Source: Gemmataceae bacterium
Lineage (GTDB): Bacteria > Planctomycetota > Planctomycetia > Gemmatales > HRBIN36
Reading direction: 5' to 3'
DNA length: 64,000 bases
NCBI GenBank assembly: GCA_040289265.1
Contig: PSKW01000001.1
Coordinates: 656,359-720,358, forward strand
A program made the position numbers and the translations under genes. Under the pieces are notes generated by a model. That model was not told where the DNA came from, did no database searches, and worked only from the letters and a program-made list of their open reading frames with translations. Of the stretch, positions 17,372-26,800 are shown one piece after another (position 1 is the stretch's first letter; each line of letters opens with the position of its first letter).

Positions 17372-18193
17372 ATGGCGCGAAGACAAGGACGTCTCGAGCC
17401 CAGCAGTCTGATGCATGTTTTGACTGCAGTGGTGATTGTCGGCTGGGGTTGTCAAACGCCGGCTGTCCGACCTAGTCAGGTCAAAAGCGCGGTACTGCCC
17501 CCTGCTCCCTTGCCTCATCCGGCTCCCGAACCCGCCGGTCCACCTCCAGCCACAGGTGCCCAGATACAACTGGTCTCCGATGAAACAGCCGCCGAGCGGG
17601 CACTGCAGTTGGCTGAGAAACTACGGGAAGCTGAAACCGCCCGAGATCAGCTGCAAAAGCGCGTGCAAGAACTCGAACGCATCGTGGCCGATCAATACTC
17701 AGCGCTTATGTTGTCGGACAAAGAGATGCAAGGCGCTGCAGACGACATCGCAAGAGCCCGACAAGAATTGATCCGGCTTGCCGAAATGGTAAAGACTTTG
17801 CAGAACGAGCTAGCAAACAAGGATAAGCAATATGAAGAAACGCTGAAAATGATTATCTCGCTCGTGCGTGAAATCTTCGAAGCGCAGCAGAAAGAAGGCC
17901 AAAGTCATTCAGAGACCAGTGGACCTCAACACCCGGAGCAAGCGAAACCAGAAACTGACTCCAACGAGCATAGCGTACCTCCTTGGCTAAGAGATCCATT
18001 GGCACCCCGGCTCAAGCCTGAGGGGAGCAATGCTGCTGACCGTCAAAGACAACTAGGGTTACCAATCCCAGGAGAAGGCCGACCTCCAGCAGAAATGGCG
18101 CCGCCGGCAGAGCTCGATCATCTGCCTGAGCGCACACGGGTTCCGATGCCGTCCGTACCGAAAACGAGTAACCAAGAAGCCGAAAAGCATTGA
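17372..18193 (+). CDS. Hypothetical coiled-coil lipoprotein
   Basis: SD AGGAGG is present. The N-terminus is lipobox-like (LTAVVIVGWGC). A long heptad-like segment follows (LQLAEKLREAETARDQLQKRVQELERIV...LQNELANKDKQYEETLKMI). The C-terminus looks disordered. Confidence 0.5.
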   Translation: MARRQGRLEPSSLMHVLTAVVIVGWGCQTPAVRPSQVKSAVLPPAPLPHPAPEPAGPPPATGAQIQLVSDETAAERALQLAEKLREAETARDQLQKRVQELERIVADQYSALMLSDKEMQGAADDIARARQELIRLAEMVKTLQNELANKDKQYEETLKMIISLVREIFEAQQKEGQSHSETSGPQHPEQAKPETDSNEHSVPPWLRDPLAPRLKPEGSNAADRQRQLGLPIPGEGRPPAEMAPPAELDHLPERTRVPMPSVPKTSNQEAEKH

Positions 18194-18221
18194 ATGCTTT
18201 GGGAAAGGGATCTTTAGCGCT

Positions 18222-18923
18222 ATGCCGTGTTTATGGGCGGTCAAAGCGTCCAGCGATTGGTCAGGGCGCAAGCTATTGGCACGGGGTGCTGTGCGCAAGG
18301 CTCGTTGGCCTCTGATCGGGCTTATGATCGTCGTGGTTTGCAGCTGTTCCACGGTCTTGACGCACCAGCCGGCGTGTTACACTGTGCACCGGCTACCTAA
18401 CCTAGACATTTCGCCTGCCCGGCGGGTTTTGGTCATGCCCTTCGCTAATCACAGCCGCTACGATGGCGGCGCGGTTAGCTTGCAGTTGGCTGTATTTCGA
18501 GAAATGCAAACGATCGGTTGGTGGGAAATGGTGCTCGCCGATACGAACGAGGATACACCCAGCGACGGCGAGAGCCTTGCCAGACAGGCCCGTTTCGATG
18601 AAGGCAAGGTGCTAACGGTGGCCAAGAAATACCATGCGGATCTTGTGCTCTTCGGCGTCATAACCGAATACCATCCCTATTTGCCTCCACGGATCGGACT
18701 GAATCTCTACCTAGTGGCGCCCGCTGAAGCAAAAACTGTGGTGGCTGTCGAAGGCATTTGGGATGCAAGGCAGCGGCACATTGCCGATCAAGCACGAGCT
18801 TACTACCGCGTCGTAGTGCACTCGCCTGAGCGTGACCATTTCGCAGACATGGTTTTTATGTCGCCTCGGCTATTCGAGCAGTTCGTAGCTTTCCAAGCCG
18901 TACGTGCACTTTTGGCGATTTAA
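18222..18923 (+). CDS. Hypothetical lipoprotein with an LpoB/CsgG/FlgO-like sequence pattern
   Basis: The N-terminus has a hydrophobic segment with Cys (LIGLMIVVVCSCS). VLVMPFANHS and ADLVLFGVITEY blocks recall the LpoB/CsgG/FlgO lipoprotein families. The family assignment is unverified. Confidence 0.5.
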   Translation: MPCLWAVKASSDWSGRKLLARGAVRKARWPLIGLMIVVVCSCSTVLTHQPACYTVHRLPNLDISPARRVLVMPFANHSRYDGGAVSLQLAVFREMQTIGWWEMVLADTNEDTPSDGESLARQARFDEGKVLTVAKKYHADLVLFGVITEYHPYLPPRIGLNLYLVAPAEAKTVVAVEGIWDARQRHIADQARAYYRVVVHSPERDHFADMVFMSPRLFEQFVAFQAVRALLAI

Positions 18924-19170
18924 GGGTTGGCACAGGGCAAACCGAACGGCAGTTGCCCATCAGCCGCAGCATTTTTTCCAGCGGCGCCTTTAAAATCAGC
19001 GCGGCTTGCGTATGATTTGGCTTATCCCCGGCGCGACAACCCCCGTGCCGATCTACCGAGGAGCAGCCTTGACTCCTACGAGGCTGTCAAGGACTGCAGA
19101 GTGCCCTCCAGGAGTATCTCTTGCAGACAGTGGCTGAGAACCTGGGAGAGTTCCGGGTAAGGAGCAGCCT

Positions 19171-22100
19171 ATGCGACATCGAAGATGGCAAAAGGTCAAG
19201 CTTGCGCTGGTCGCGCTCTCCTCGTTGGCGGTGATCAATTCGCTGGTTTTGGGACAAGCCCCACAGGTTCCGCAAGGCCCCTTGCAGGCGAGCCAAAAGC
19301 TGCAAGGGCACAGCGAGTTGGTTTATGCAGTATCTTTCAGTCCCGACGGGCGGTATGTTGCCACAGGATCGTTCGATAAAACGCTAAAATTATGGGACCC
19401 GAAAAGCGGCAAAGAGGAGCGCACCTTCGGCGGACCGGCAGGCCACCAGAATCTTGTGCTTACCTTGGCTTTCTCTCCTGACGGACGTGTGCTCGCGTCC
19501 GGCGCCACGGACAACACGATTCGGCTGTGGGACGTGCCCAGCCCGTTGCCGGTGCGACAATTCGTCGGTTTCGAAGGTGCCGTAAGCGACCTGGCACTGT
19601 CTCCCGATGGCAGCCGACTCGTAGCCGGCGGCGGCGACAAGAGCGTGCGCTTTTTCCAATTTGCGGACGGCAAACAGCTAGCGGTACGCCAGGGACACAG
19701 CGGCGAGATAACGGCAATCGCTTACAGCGCTAACGGCCAATTGGTGGCCACAGGCGGAGATGAAACGGTACGCTTATGGAACGCCGGCGACGGCAACATG
19801 ATCGGCACTATCGGTGCCCACGAGGGAGGCGTGAGAAGTGTAGCGATCCACCCGAACAATTCGGTTGTAGCCAGCACCGGCAACGACGGCGCCGTGCGCT
19901 TATGGCAGCTTCCGTTTACGCCTTCGCGAACATTCGCCAGTCCCCATGGCGACGCAGTGACGGCGGCTACTGTGACGCCGGATGGACAGCGATTGATTAC
20001 CGTCAGCAACGACAAAACCGTGCGCGTGTGGAACGCGGGCAATGGCGGCCTGGAAAGACAACTACCGCTCAGCTCCAACGGCACGTGCGTTTTCACCCAG
20101 GGCTCTCATATCGTCGCAGGAGCGCAGGACGGCAGCGTGGGCATCTGGAACCTGGGCGATGGTGCACTGCTCGCTCGGCTCAGCGCCCACAGTGGACCGG
20201 TCGTTGCCGTGGCAGTAAACGCCCAAGGCAACCAACTGTTGACTGCAGGGGAAGACGGTATGCTGCGGATTTGGCATTATCCGCCACGACCATCCAGACC
20301 TCTCGGCCATCCCGATCAGGTGACTGCGGCCCTTGTCGCAGGGGACCGGCTGATCACTGCCTGCGGCGACAAGGTCGTCCGTTTCTGGAACCTTCAAAAT
20401 GGCCAAGTCGAAAGACAACTTGCAGGCCAGCAAGCGGCTTCGGCCTTGGCGATGCATCCCAATGGCCAGTTCCTCGCGGCTGGAGAAATTGACGGCAGTA
20501 TACGCTTTTGGCATCTCGGCAACAACCAATCGGCTGGCCTTGTCAAGGTACCTGGAGGCAGAATCACGGCCGTCGCTTTCCATCCCAATGGATCGCACCT
20601 GGCGAGTGCTCATGAAGACGGGAGCGCGAGGCTCTGGACAGCCGCCAATCCGCCTAAAGAGACCGACAAGCCCGTTTGGGAAATCCGGCCAGGAGCTGTG
20701 CGGGCACTCTTTTTCAGTGCCGATGGCAACAGCATCGCCATCGTCAGCGACAAGGCTGTGCGCTTCGTCCATACAGGCGATGGCAAGGAGACACGACAAA
20801 TACCCACAGGCGAAGCACCGGTAACGGCTGCTGGACTGTCGGCCGATCGTACCCGACTGGCAACCGCCGGCGGTGATGGCAAGTGCATCGTCTGGTCCCT
20901 GAACGATGGCAAACCCCTTGCCACGATAGCACTGAACGGGTCAGCCCGGTCTGTGGGTTTTTCTCCGGATGGAACACGTTTGGTCGTCGGGTACGACGAC
21001 AAAAGCGGGGGCGCGGTACAAGTCTTTCACAGCGGCTCCGGGGTGTTGTTGCAGGCGCTTCCCGGTCACTCTGGGGGCGTGGCGACCGTGGCCTTCTTGC
21101 CGGATGGGCGTACGCTCGTTTCCGCCGGAGCTGACAAGCTAGCTAGCGTAGCGGACGTGGCTATAGTCCATGCGTTAGCGGCTCACAGTGGCGGTGTCAC
21201 CGCTGCTGTTTTCCTGCCCAATGGCTCGCAAATCATCAGTGCAGGCAAGGACAAGACAGTACGACTTTGGGATGCGAACAAGGCAGTACCAGCCCGTCCG
21301 CCCTTCGACATAGGCGATACGGTCTTGGCCGCGGCACTGACACGCGAAGCCAATCCCTCCCGGCTGGCGTTGGCAGTAGCCGACAAAACTGTGCGGATAC
21401 TCAGCTCGAGCGACGGTAAAGAGCAGTTGCGACTGCCGCACCCCGCGGCGGTACGCAGCCTGCAGTTCAGTCCTGACAACACCCGTTTGCTGACTGCCTG
21501 CGAAGACGGTCGCGCCCGCATCTGGGATCTGACGACGGCACGCACGCTCGAGTTTTTCGCGCACGGCGGGCCAGTGTATACGGCCGTATTTCACAACGAC
21601 AATCGGACCCTTTTCGTCGGCGGCAGCGACAAAGCAGTGGTCGCTCATGTGCAGCACGCCCTCCGCGTTTTGCCCGTGGTCAATGGGGCCGCACGCAAGC
21701 TTCGCTTTTTACCTTCTGGGTCGCACATACTCGTCGGCGGCGAAGACAAAGCGGTCAAACTGGTCAACCTCAACAGCTTCCAGGTGGAGCGGGTCTTCGG
21801 TGCTTCGGCCCCGGTCACGGCTTTAGCTGTATCACCGAACGGCCAGCTTGTAGCGGCGGCGTCCGCGGACAAACTGTTACGTCTTTACCAGTTCGGGGAC
21901 GGCAAAGAGCTGCGGGCGATCCCGGCACCCGATGTCGTCCACAGTGTGAGTTTTGCGCCCAACAATACCTTCGTGGCGGCTGCATGCCAAGACCGGAGCG
22001 TCCTGATCGTGCATACCGGCAATTTCAACCCGGGGCAAGCGCCTGCGCCGGAGTTCGGTAGCATCCAGCAAATATTCGATCAGGGCGCAGCAGCGTTGGC

Positions 22101-22899
22101 CGTCGCCGTGCACAACGACAACGCCACGGTGTTGGGGGCCGGCGCCGATCGCAGTGTACGCGTTTTTCGAATTGCCAGCCCGACGCCCGTGCGCACTTTG
22201 ACCGGCCACGGCAATTACGTGGATTGCGTCGCATTCAGTCCTGACGGGACCCAACTGGCTTCCTGTGGGCACGACGGTACTGTTCGTCTGTGGAACGTGA
22301 GCAACGGCCAGCAAACGAGGCAAATCAACGCTTTTACTCAGCCGCAGGTGGCGCCCGTTTATTGCGTCGCCTGGAGCCCTGACGGCAAGCAACTGGCAGC
22401 AGGCAGCTTCGTACGCAGCATCAAGATATTCAACGCCGCCGATGGCAACCTGGTGCGCGAATTGGCAGGCTATGACGAAAAAAATGCACCCCAGGGCCAT
22501 AAGGATGGCGTCTTTACGCTGGTTTTTCACCCCAGTGGGCCGACTCTGGTGTCTGCAGGCAGCGATGGTCAGATCAAAGTCTGGTCCATAGCCGATGGTA
22601 AAGTGATGCGGCAGTTCGTTGACGAAAGGATTCCGCCGCCACCGGGGCAAATGCAGCGCGACAGGGCTCACGAGGACTGGATCAACCAGATCCGCTTATC
22701 TCCGGATGGCAAAACCCTGGCGAGTGTCGGCAACGCTGGGTGGATCAAGCTTTGGGACTTCGCATCCGGCAAGTTGCTCGTCAGCCAGAGGATGCCTTAT
22801 AGCCTTTATGCAGTTACTTTCGCGCCGGACGGCAAAACGATCGCAGTCGGCGACCACGAGGGCGTAGCCAGTATCATAGCCTTGCCGTTTGTTCCGTAA
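19171..22899 (+). CDS. Secreted WD40-repeat protein (1242 aa, repeats throughout)
   Basis: It has a signal peptide (KLALVALSSLAVINSLVLGQAP). Dozens of WD40 units follow (e.g. GHSELVYAVSFSPDGRYVATGSFDKTLKLWD, and GHGNYVDCVAFSPDGTQLASCGHDGTVRLWN). Confidence 0.9.
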   Translation: MRHRRWQKVKLALVALSSLAVINSLVLGQAPQVPQGPLQASQKLQGHSELVYAVSFSPDGRYVATGSFDKTLKLWDPKSGKEERTFGGPAGHQNLVLTLAFSPDGRVLASGATDNTIRLWDVPSPLPVRQFVGFEGAVSDLALSPDGSRLVAGGGDKSVRFFQFADGKQLAVRQGHSGEITAIAYSANGQLVATGGDETVRLWNAGDGNMIGTIGAHEGGVRSVAIHPNNSVVASTGNDGAVRLWQLPFTPSRTFASPHGDAVTAATVTPDGQRLITVSNDKTVRVWNAGNGGLERQLPLSSNGTCVFTQGSHIVAGAQDGSVGIWNLGDGALLARLSAHSGPVVAVAVNAQGNQLLTAGEDGMLRIWHYPPRPSRPLGHPDQVTAALVAGDRLITACGDKVVRFWNLQNGQVERQLAGQQAASALAMHPNGQFLAAGEIDGSIRFWHLGNNQSAGLVKVPGGRITAVAFHPNGSHLASAHEDGSARLWTAANPPKETDKPVWEIRPGAVRALFFSADGNSIAIVSDKAVRFVHTGDGKETRQIPTGEAPVTAAGLSADRTRLATAGGDGKCIVWSLNDGKPLATIALNGSARSVGFSPDGTRLVVGYDDKSGGAVQVFHSGSGVLLQALPGHSGGVATVAFLPDGRTLVSAGADKLASVADVAIVHALAAHSGGVTAAVFLPNGSQIISAGKDKTVRLWDANKAVPARPPFDIGDTVLAAALTREANPSRLALAVADKTVRILSSSDGKEQLRLPHPAAVRSLQFSPDNTRLLTACEDGRARIWDLTTARTLEFFAHGGPVYTAVFHNDNRTLFVGGSDKAVVAHVQHALRVLPVVNGAARKLRFLPSGSHILVGGEDKAVKLVNLNSFQVERVFGASAPVTALAVSPNGQLVAAASADKLLRLYQFGDGKELRAIPAPDVVHSVSFAPNNTFVAAACQDRSVLIVHTGNFNPGQAPAPEFGSIQQIFDQGAAALAVAVHNDNATVLGAGADRSVRVFRIASPTPVRTLTGHGNYVDCVAFSPDGTQLASCGHDGTVRLWNVSNGQQTRQINAFTQPQVAPVYCVAWSPDGKQLAAGSFVRSIKIFNAADGNLVRELAGYDEKNAPQGHKDGVFTLVFHPSGPTLVSAGSDGQIKVWSIADGKVMRQFVDERIPPPPGQMQRDRAHEDWINQIRLSPDGKTLASVGNAGWIKLWDFASGKLLVSQRMPYSLYAVTFAPDGKTIAVGDHEGVASIIALPFVP

Positions 22900-22966
22900 A
22901 ATGTGCCGACAGGAACGAGCCCTTGCCTTCCTGGTTCGCTACACTTGCGCCCGACTGACGTGCATC

Positions 22967-23698
22967 TCACGGGGCTCCACGCAGGAAGAACAAGAATGCC
23001 AACACTCCGCCATATAGGACGAGCCCCGCAATACACTGACAGCACAGGGGCACGGCACCCGCCATTGCGAACACAAAAGGCTGCCAAACCAGGTGCCAGC
23101 GCGTGATCAAGTAGTAAACTTCATAAAACGGAACGAACAGATTCAGAAGTACCTGCTGCGCTCCTTCCTCCCGGCCTACGACGACCAGATACCAGATGAA
23201 CCCAATATTTGCTACGATGAGAGAAACAGCTAACGATGCTAGTTGGAACAAGGGATGCAGCACGCCCAGTATCCCCAGAAGAACCTGTAAGCCGACGATC
23301 ACACCGATGCGGATCCACAGTCGTTTTGCTTCTTGACTGGCTTTTTGCTTGGCTTTCATACGGCGTCTGCGCACGTACTCGCGATCCATGCCGAATTCTT
23401 CATCAGTGAGATCTTCGTCAGGAGCCGCCTCTGCAGCCTTGTCCGATGCACGCTTTTTGGGCGCACCAGGCGGCTCGGGTGATTGCTGCAACGCGTATGG
23501 AGTGAAATCATCTTGGCCTGCCTGAGATGGCTTTGCTGCCGACTTGGGCGAGCTCTGCGCTTTGCCGGCTGTTCCAGATTGCCCTGCCGGCACGCGCATT
23601 TTGTGCCTACAAAACGGGCATAGTACCAATGTCCCAGGGCCAGCTTTCACGGACAGAACTTTGTTGCACTTCGGACATTTGATGATCATCGGAGCCAT
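22967..23698 (-). CDS. Zinc-ribbon (CxxC..CxxC) membrane protein
   Basis: The sequence MAPMIIKCPKCNKVLSVKAGPGTLVLCPFCRHKM is followed by an acidic/basic linker and then TM helices. I prefer the ATG at 23698, 6 nt after AAGGAG, over the track start at 23740. Confidence 0.6.
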   Translation of the reverse strand: MAPMIIKCPKCNKVLSVKAGPGTLVLCPFCRHKMRVPAGQSGTAGKAQSSPKSAAKPSQAGQDDFTPYALQQSPEPPGAPKKRASDKAAEAAPDEDLTDEEFGMDREYVRRRRMKAKQKASQEAKRLWIRIGVIVGLQVLLGILGVLHPLFQLASLAVSLIVANIGFIWYLVVVGREEGAQQVLLNLFVPFYEVYYLITRWHLVWQPFVFAMAGAVPLCCQCIAGLVLYGGVLAFLFFLRGAP

Positions 23699-23828
23699 TG
23701 CCATCTCCTTGGCAGCCAGCCCTATGTACACGATACACACCGGCAGCCCGGGAAAGCAGGTGGCACAGTCGCGACTGGGCCCTGGCCTGTGCCGCAGACC
23801 TGCTCTTTTTGGCCGTCTCGAGCTGTCT

Positions 23829-26800
23829 TTACTGCTTTTTGACTTCTTCCAACCTCTGGCGATATCGCTCGAATAGCCGGGTATGCTTGCTCGTCGGTTC
23901 TAGCGGCTCTCCTTTGATGAAGAGAGCGTAGACCTGTGTATAAGCCTGGAGCGGATCGCCATCACACAGGAAAAAGTTGGCGATTTTACCCGGCTCCAAC
24001 GAGCCGAGTCGGTCGGCGACGCCCAAAATCTGTGCCGGATAAAGGGTCACGGCCTTGAGTCCCTCTTCCGGAGGCAATCCGTAGCTGACTGCCATGGCTG
24101 CCTCGTAGGGCAAGTTGCGGGTGTTGGAACCACCGGCGGAACGGATACAGAATGGTACGCCGGCCTCGTACAGGTGGGCCGCGCAAGTAAAGGGCGCATC
24201 GTAGGGGTCCCAGTTTTCCACGGGCAGTATCATCACAGGTCCGAGGATGACCGGCACTTTGCGCTTTTTCAATTCAGCGACTACTTTCCAGGCATCCAGG
24301 CCGCCGCTCAGAATCATGCGCCAGCCGAGTTCGTCGGCGAGTTTGAGCGCTTCGAGGATATCCTGGCGCCGGTTGGCCTGGACGATGACCGGCTTTTCAG
24401 CGCGAGCATAGGGCAACAGTGCCTCCAGACGGGGATCGAGCGGAAGATCGAGAGGTGCTTTTTGACGTGCCGTGGCATAGGCCTGGGCGAGTCGGAAAAG
24501 CTCGCGCAGCTTTTTGATGCGTGCATCTCGTTGGCGCCTGGCGATGGCACGGCCGACAGCAGGCAGCGTGGGGTCGCCGGTCACGATCGGGGCAACACTC
24601 GGAAACTCCACGTGCAGTGCCAGCGGGTCCACGACCACCATATCCGTGGGAATCCAACCGTGCAAGTGGATGAGCGCGCTTTGCCCGGCGACCGTACCGC
24701 CGGTCGGCCTAGTCACGACAGCTAATACGCCGTTGGCGCGCGTCACTGGGATCAATTCCGAGTCGGGATTGATACCGGCAGCGGCGCGCAAATCGGGCTG
24801 GAAATCGCCCAGTTCGGCAAAATCCTGGGTCTCGCGCGCCGACCCGAGTTCGGTCAGGCCGATCACGGTGCCAGCGTCTATCATCCCAGGGTAGACGTGA
24901 AGTCCACGTGCATCTACCACCGTAGCCCCTTCAGGAATCGGCACCTCTTTGCCCATAGCGCGCACGATACCCCGCTCGATCACCAGTGTACCCCGCGGGA
25001 TATCGGGGGCAGACACGGGATGGATATGGGCGTTCTTGATGGCATAAAGCCGCTTGGGGTTGCGCGCAATGGCCAGGACAGGCACCCCTTTGTGCCGAGG
25101 TTGTGCCGGCATCGAAGCTGCTACTGGACGGGGCGGGGAGCGGTCCAGTCGGTCAAAATAGATCTCCCCGTCCACCAGGGTCATGACGCAACGAGCATAG
25201 GCATTGAGGGGATGGCCGTCGAAGACCGCAAGGTCAGCATCCTTGCCCGGTTCGATACTCCCCAGACGATGGTCCAAACCGAGTTGCTTGGCGCCGTTGA
25301 GCGTGATCGTTTTGAGGGCTTCTGTTTCGTCGAGCCCGCCGTATTTGAGCATCTTGGCAGCTTCCTGGTACATATGCCTAACTAGCTCGTTGCTGTCCGA
25401 TTTGAGGCACACCGAGACGCCGGCTTCTTGCAGCAAGGCTACGTTGTACGGGATGGCGTCGTAGGCTTCGATCTTGTAGGCCCACCAATCAGAAAAGGGA
25501 CTGCAACTGGCGCCGTGCCGAGCGATCTCTGGGGCAATCTTGTAGCCTTCCAAGACATGCTGCAAAGAGCGCACACGGATGCCGAAGCGTTCCGCCACCT
25601 GCAGCAGCATGAGGATTTCGTCGGCGCGATAACAATGGCAGTGGATGTGCAATTGCTGGTCGAGGACATCTGCGAGTGCCTCGAGTCGCAGATCGCGTCG
25701 CGGCGCGAGCACATCGCGCCCTTGTTTGCGTGCCGCCTCGTACGCTTGCCAGGCCCGACGATAAGCCTGAGCCTCCACGAAAGCCCGCACCAGAACCGCT
25801 TCGACGCCCAGGCGTGTATTGGGAAACCGACCGTCGGTGCGTTTGACGTTTTCTCCCAAGGCGAATTTAACACCCCGCGGAGCGTCAGCCACGAGCAGAT
25901 TCTTGGCGGGCTCGCCATATTTCAATTTGATGACCGCATCTTGCCCGCCGATGACATTGGCGCTGCCGTGCAAGAGCCGCACCGTAGTCACGCCCCCCGC
26001 TAAAGCGCGGTATATCTGCACGTCCTCGCTATGGATGACGTCGCGGACGCGCACTTCAGGCACGATGGACAGAGTAAACTCATTGACGCCGCCGGCTATC
26101 GCGAAATGACTGTGCGTGTCAATGATGCCCGGCATGACGAAATACCCCTCGAGCGGGATGACCGTCACTCCGGCCGGCGGCGCGATGCTGGACGCTATGT
26201 GCGCGATTTTGCCCTGCCGCACCAGCAGGTCCCCCTTGAACGATCCGTTGGTGACCGACACGATGGTAGCGCCGCGCAAAAGCACGTTGCCGCCAGTACG
26301 CCGCTGCGGCCGGCGATCCTCGTCCAGCTCTACGGGTACGACTGCCGTCTCGTGGGTCTTCTCTTTTTGCTTGGCAGCCTCAGGCGGGACTGCTTTTTTA
26401 GCTCCCTGAGGTTGATCGGGTGACCTTGTACCTGGTGGCTGAGACGTGGCCTGCGGGCTTTGTTGTGCGGTAGCCGGTGATTCGTAATCGAACAAGACGC
26501 CGTCGGCGATCAGGTAGCGCACCCGCGCGTTGGCTTCTTGCCAAGGTGCAGTGAACAAGACCACATGAGCCGGCTGGCCAGACGCCAGTTCACCCGACCA
26601 CACCCCGCTGGCCCACAAAGATGCGGGGTGAACGGTCAACGCCGCTAGCGCCTGTTCGGCACTGAGTCCCTGATGCAAAGCCAAGCGCAGATTGCCGAGA
26701 AACTTTTCGGGCCGGTCCAGATCGGCACCGCTCACGGCACACCGCACTCCCTTTTGCAACAAGACTGCCAGATTGCGAATGTGCTCGTTCCGTCGGCGCT

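Noticed and set aside
19110-19125. GG-N10-GC element upstream of the WD40 gene as a sigma54 promoter
   Set aside because: Only GG and TTGCA match, and the -24 hexamer (AGGAGT) is poor. It is kept only as a remark in the WD40 finding.
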